From IMG/VR virus record IMGVR_UViG_3300032954_000018, positions 1 through 54,164 of that record: 54,164 nucleotides of DNA; one strand, given 5' to 3'. Of this stretch, positions 53,440-54,164 are shown in pieces. The notes beneath the pieces were generated by a model that was not told the DNA's origin, did not search any database, and was given only the letters and a program-made list of their open reading frames with translations. Within the stretch, counting starts at the first letter, position 1. Each line of letters opens with the position of its first letter. Made by a program: the position numbers and the translations under genes. This stretch comes from a virus (Duplodnaviria > Caudoviricetes).

Positions 53440-54164
53440 TGAAGAAGATACTATTACCGTTGTTGCTGCTGTTTCCACTTATTGGAAATGCACAGTCTGC
53501 TCAAAGATGGTATACGGCTTTGCTGCCCAACACGCAAGGTCAAAATTTCGTTTCTGTGATTCCCAACGCACAGATTTATGTATGCAGCTACAACGAGCAA
53601 TCGGAGTGTCTGAGCGAAACTTCTGTTTACTCCGATACGGAATTACATACTCCCATCCCGCAACCATTCTCGGCGGACGCAAGTGGAGTCTACCACTATT
53701 ATGTCCAATCCGGAACTAGGGTAGTTGAAAAGGTCTGCGCTCCATACGACCAATGCTCTAGCTATATCGTTCAAATAGGAGATGATGTTACCGGAGGGGG
53801 AGCAGGGCAGTGTAATCCATTCGGCATCGGAAGCTATACGGTATGGTGGAACGGAACGCAATGTCTGACTGAATTTACGAATTACGGTGTAACACAACCC
53901 CGATTCATCTCTACAGAAGTACCTACGGATGCTACCGGCATTAACGGATGGGAAGTAGACGTAGCGACCAATCATCCCTACAAATCGAGGATAGTTCTCA
54001 ATCCCGGCGCGATAGCTGCAACCGATGCTGAAAGTAATGAGACTTGGATTTTCGGATCGCAGGAAGACTATCCTGTGGTTCTTGATGCCTATGGCCAGAT
54101 AAAGATTGCAGGTACTTCCTTGGTTCTTTGCGCTAGCGGAGGTACTGGTGGGTCCCAGCCTTTG
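53439..54164 (+). CDS. Signal-peptide protein sharing its N-terminal domain with 48034 (runs off window)
   Basis: Hand translation MKKILLPLLLLFPLIGNA-QSAQRWYTA...PNAQIYVCSYN...VVEKVCAPYDQC; open to window end. Confidence 0.8.
   Translation, partial: MKKILLPLLLLFPLIGNAQSAQRWYTALLPNTQGQNFVSVIPNAQIYVCSYNEQSECLSETSVYSDTELHTPIPQPFSADASGVYHYYVQSGTRVVEKVCAPYDQCSSYIVQIGDDVTGGGAGQCNPFGIGSYTVWWNGTQCLTEFTNYGVTQPRFISTEVPTDATGINGWEVDVATNHPYKSRIVLNPGAIAATDAESNETWIFGSQEDYPVVLDAYGQIKIAGTSLVLCASGGTGGSQPL

Noticed and set aside
1-54164. Stop-codon reassignment suggested by the release-factor-like gene
   Set aside because: Genes are full length in the standard code, all three stops are used, and no suppressor tRNA is seen

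Overview
A 54-kb segment of a tailed dsDNA bacteriophage genome. The host is uncertain; sequence motifs loosely suggest Acidobacteriota. The left arm (1-24.1 kb, mostly minus strand) is an early region of small ORFs driven by many sigma70-type promoters. It includes a vWA protein, a ParB-like protein, a zf-UBP protein, an ArdC-like/metallopeptidase protein, two multi-copy Cys-motif families and a tRNA-Ile2-like gene. A ~1-kb non-coding divergence zone separates it from the right arm (plus strand). The right arm carries a metallophosphoesterase, a GGQ release-factor-like protein, a SprT-like protease and HNH nucleases. The head module follows: TerL, GT2, portal, scaffold, and a major capsid gene split by a group I intron with a LAGLIDADG ORF. 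It ends with a GT-B protein and four fibre/beta-helix/GH30 genes that all begin with signal peptides. The most striking element is not in the ORF track: two separate arrays (3 units at 196-432 on minus, 5 units at 29528-30323 on plus) of Y RNA (YrlA)-like non-coding RNAs. They share a covarying closing stem but carry different cargo: none, permuted tRNA halves, a complete circularly permuted tRNA-Met(CAT), or an anticodon-less cloverleaf. Further aberrant tRNA mimics lie nearby, and no Ro60 gene is visible in the window. All calls are by eye; no searches or folding programs were run.
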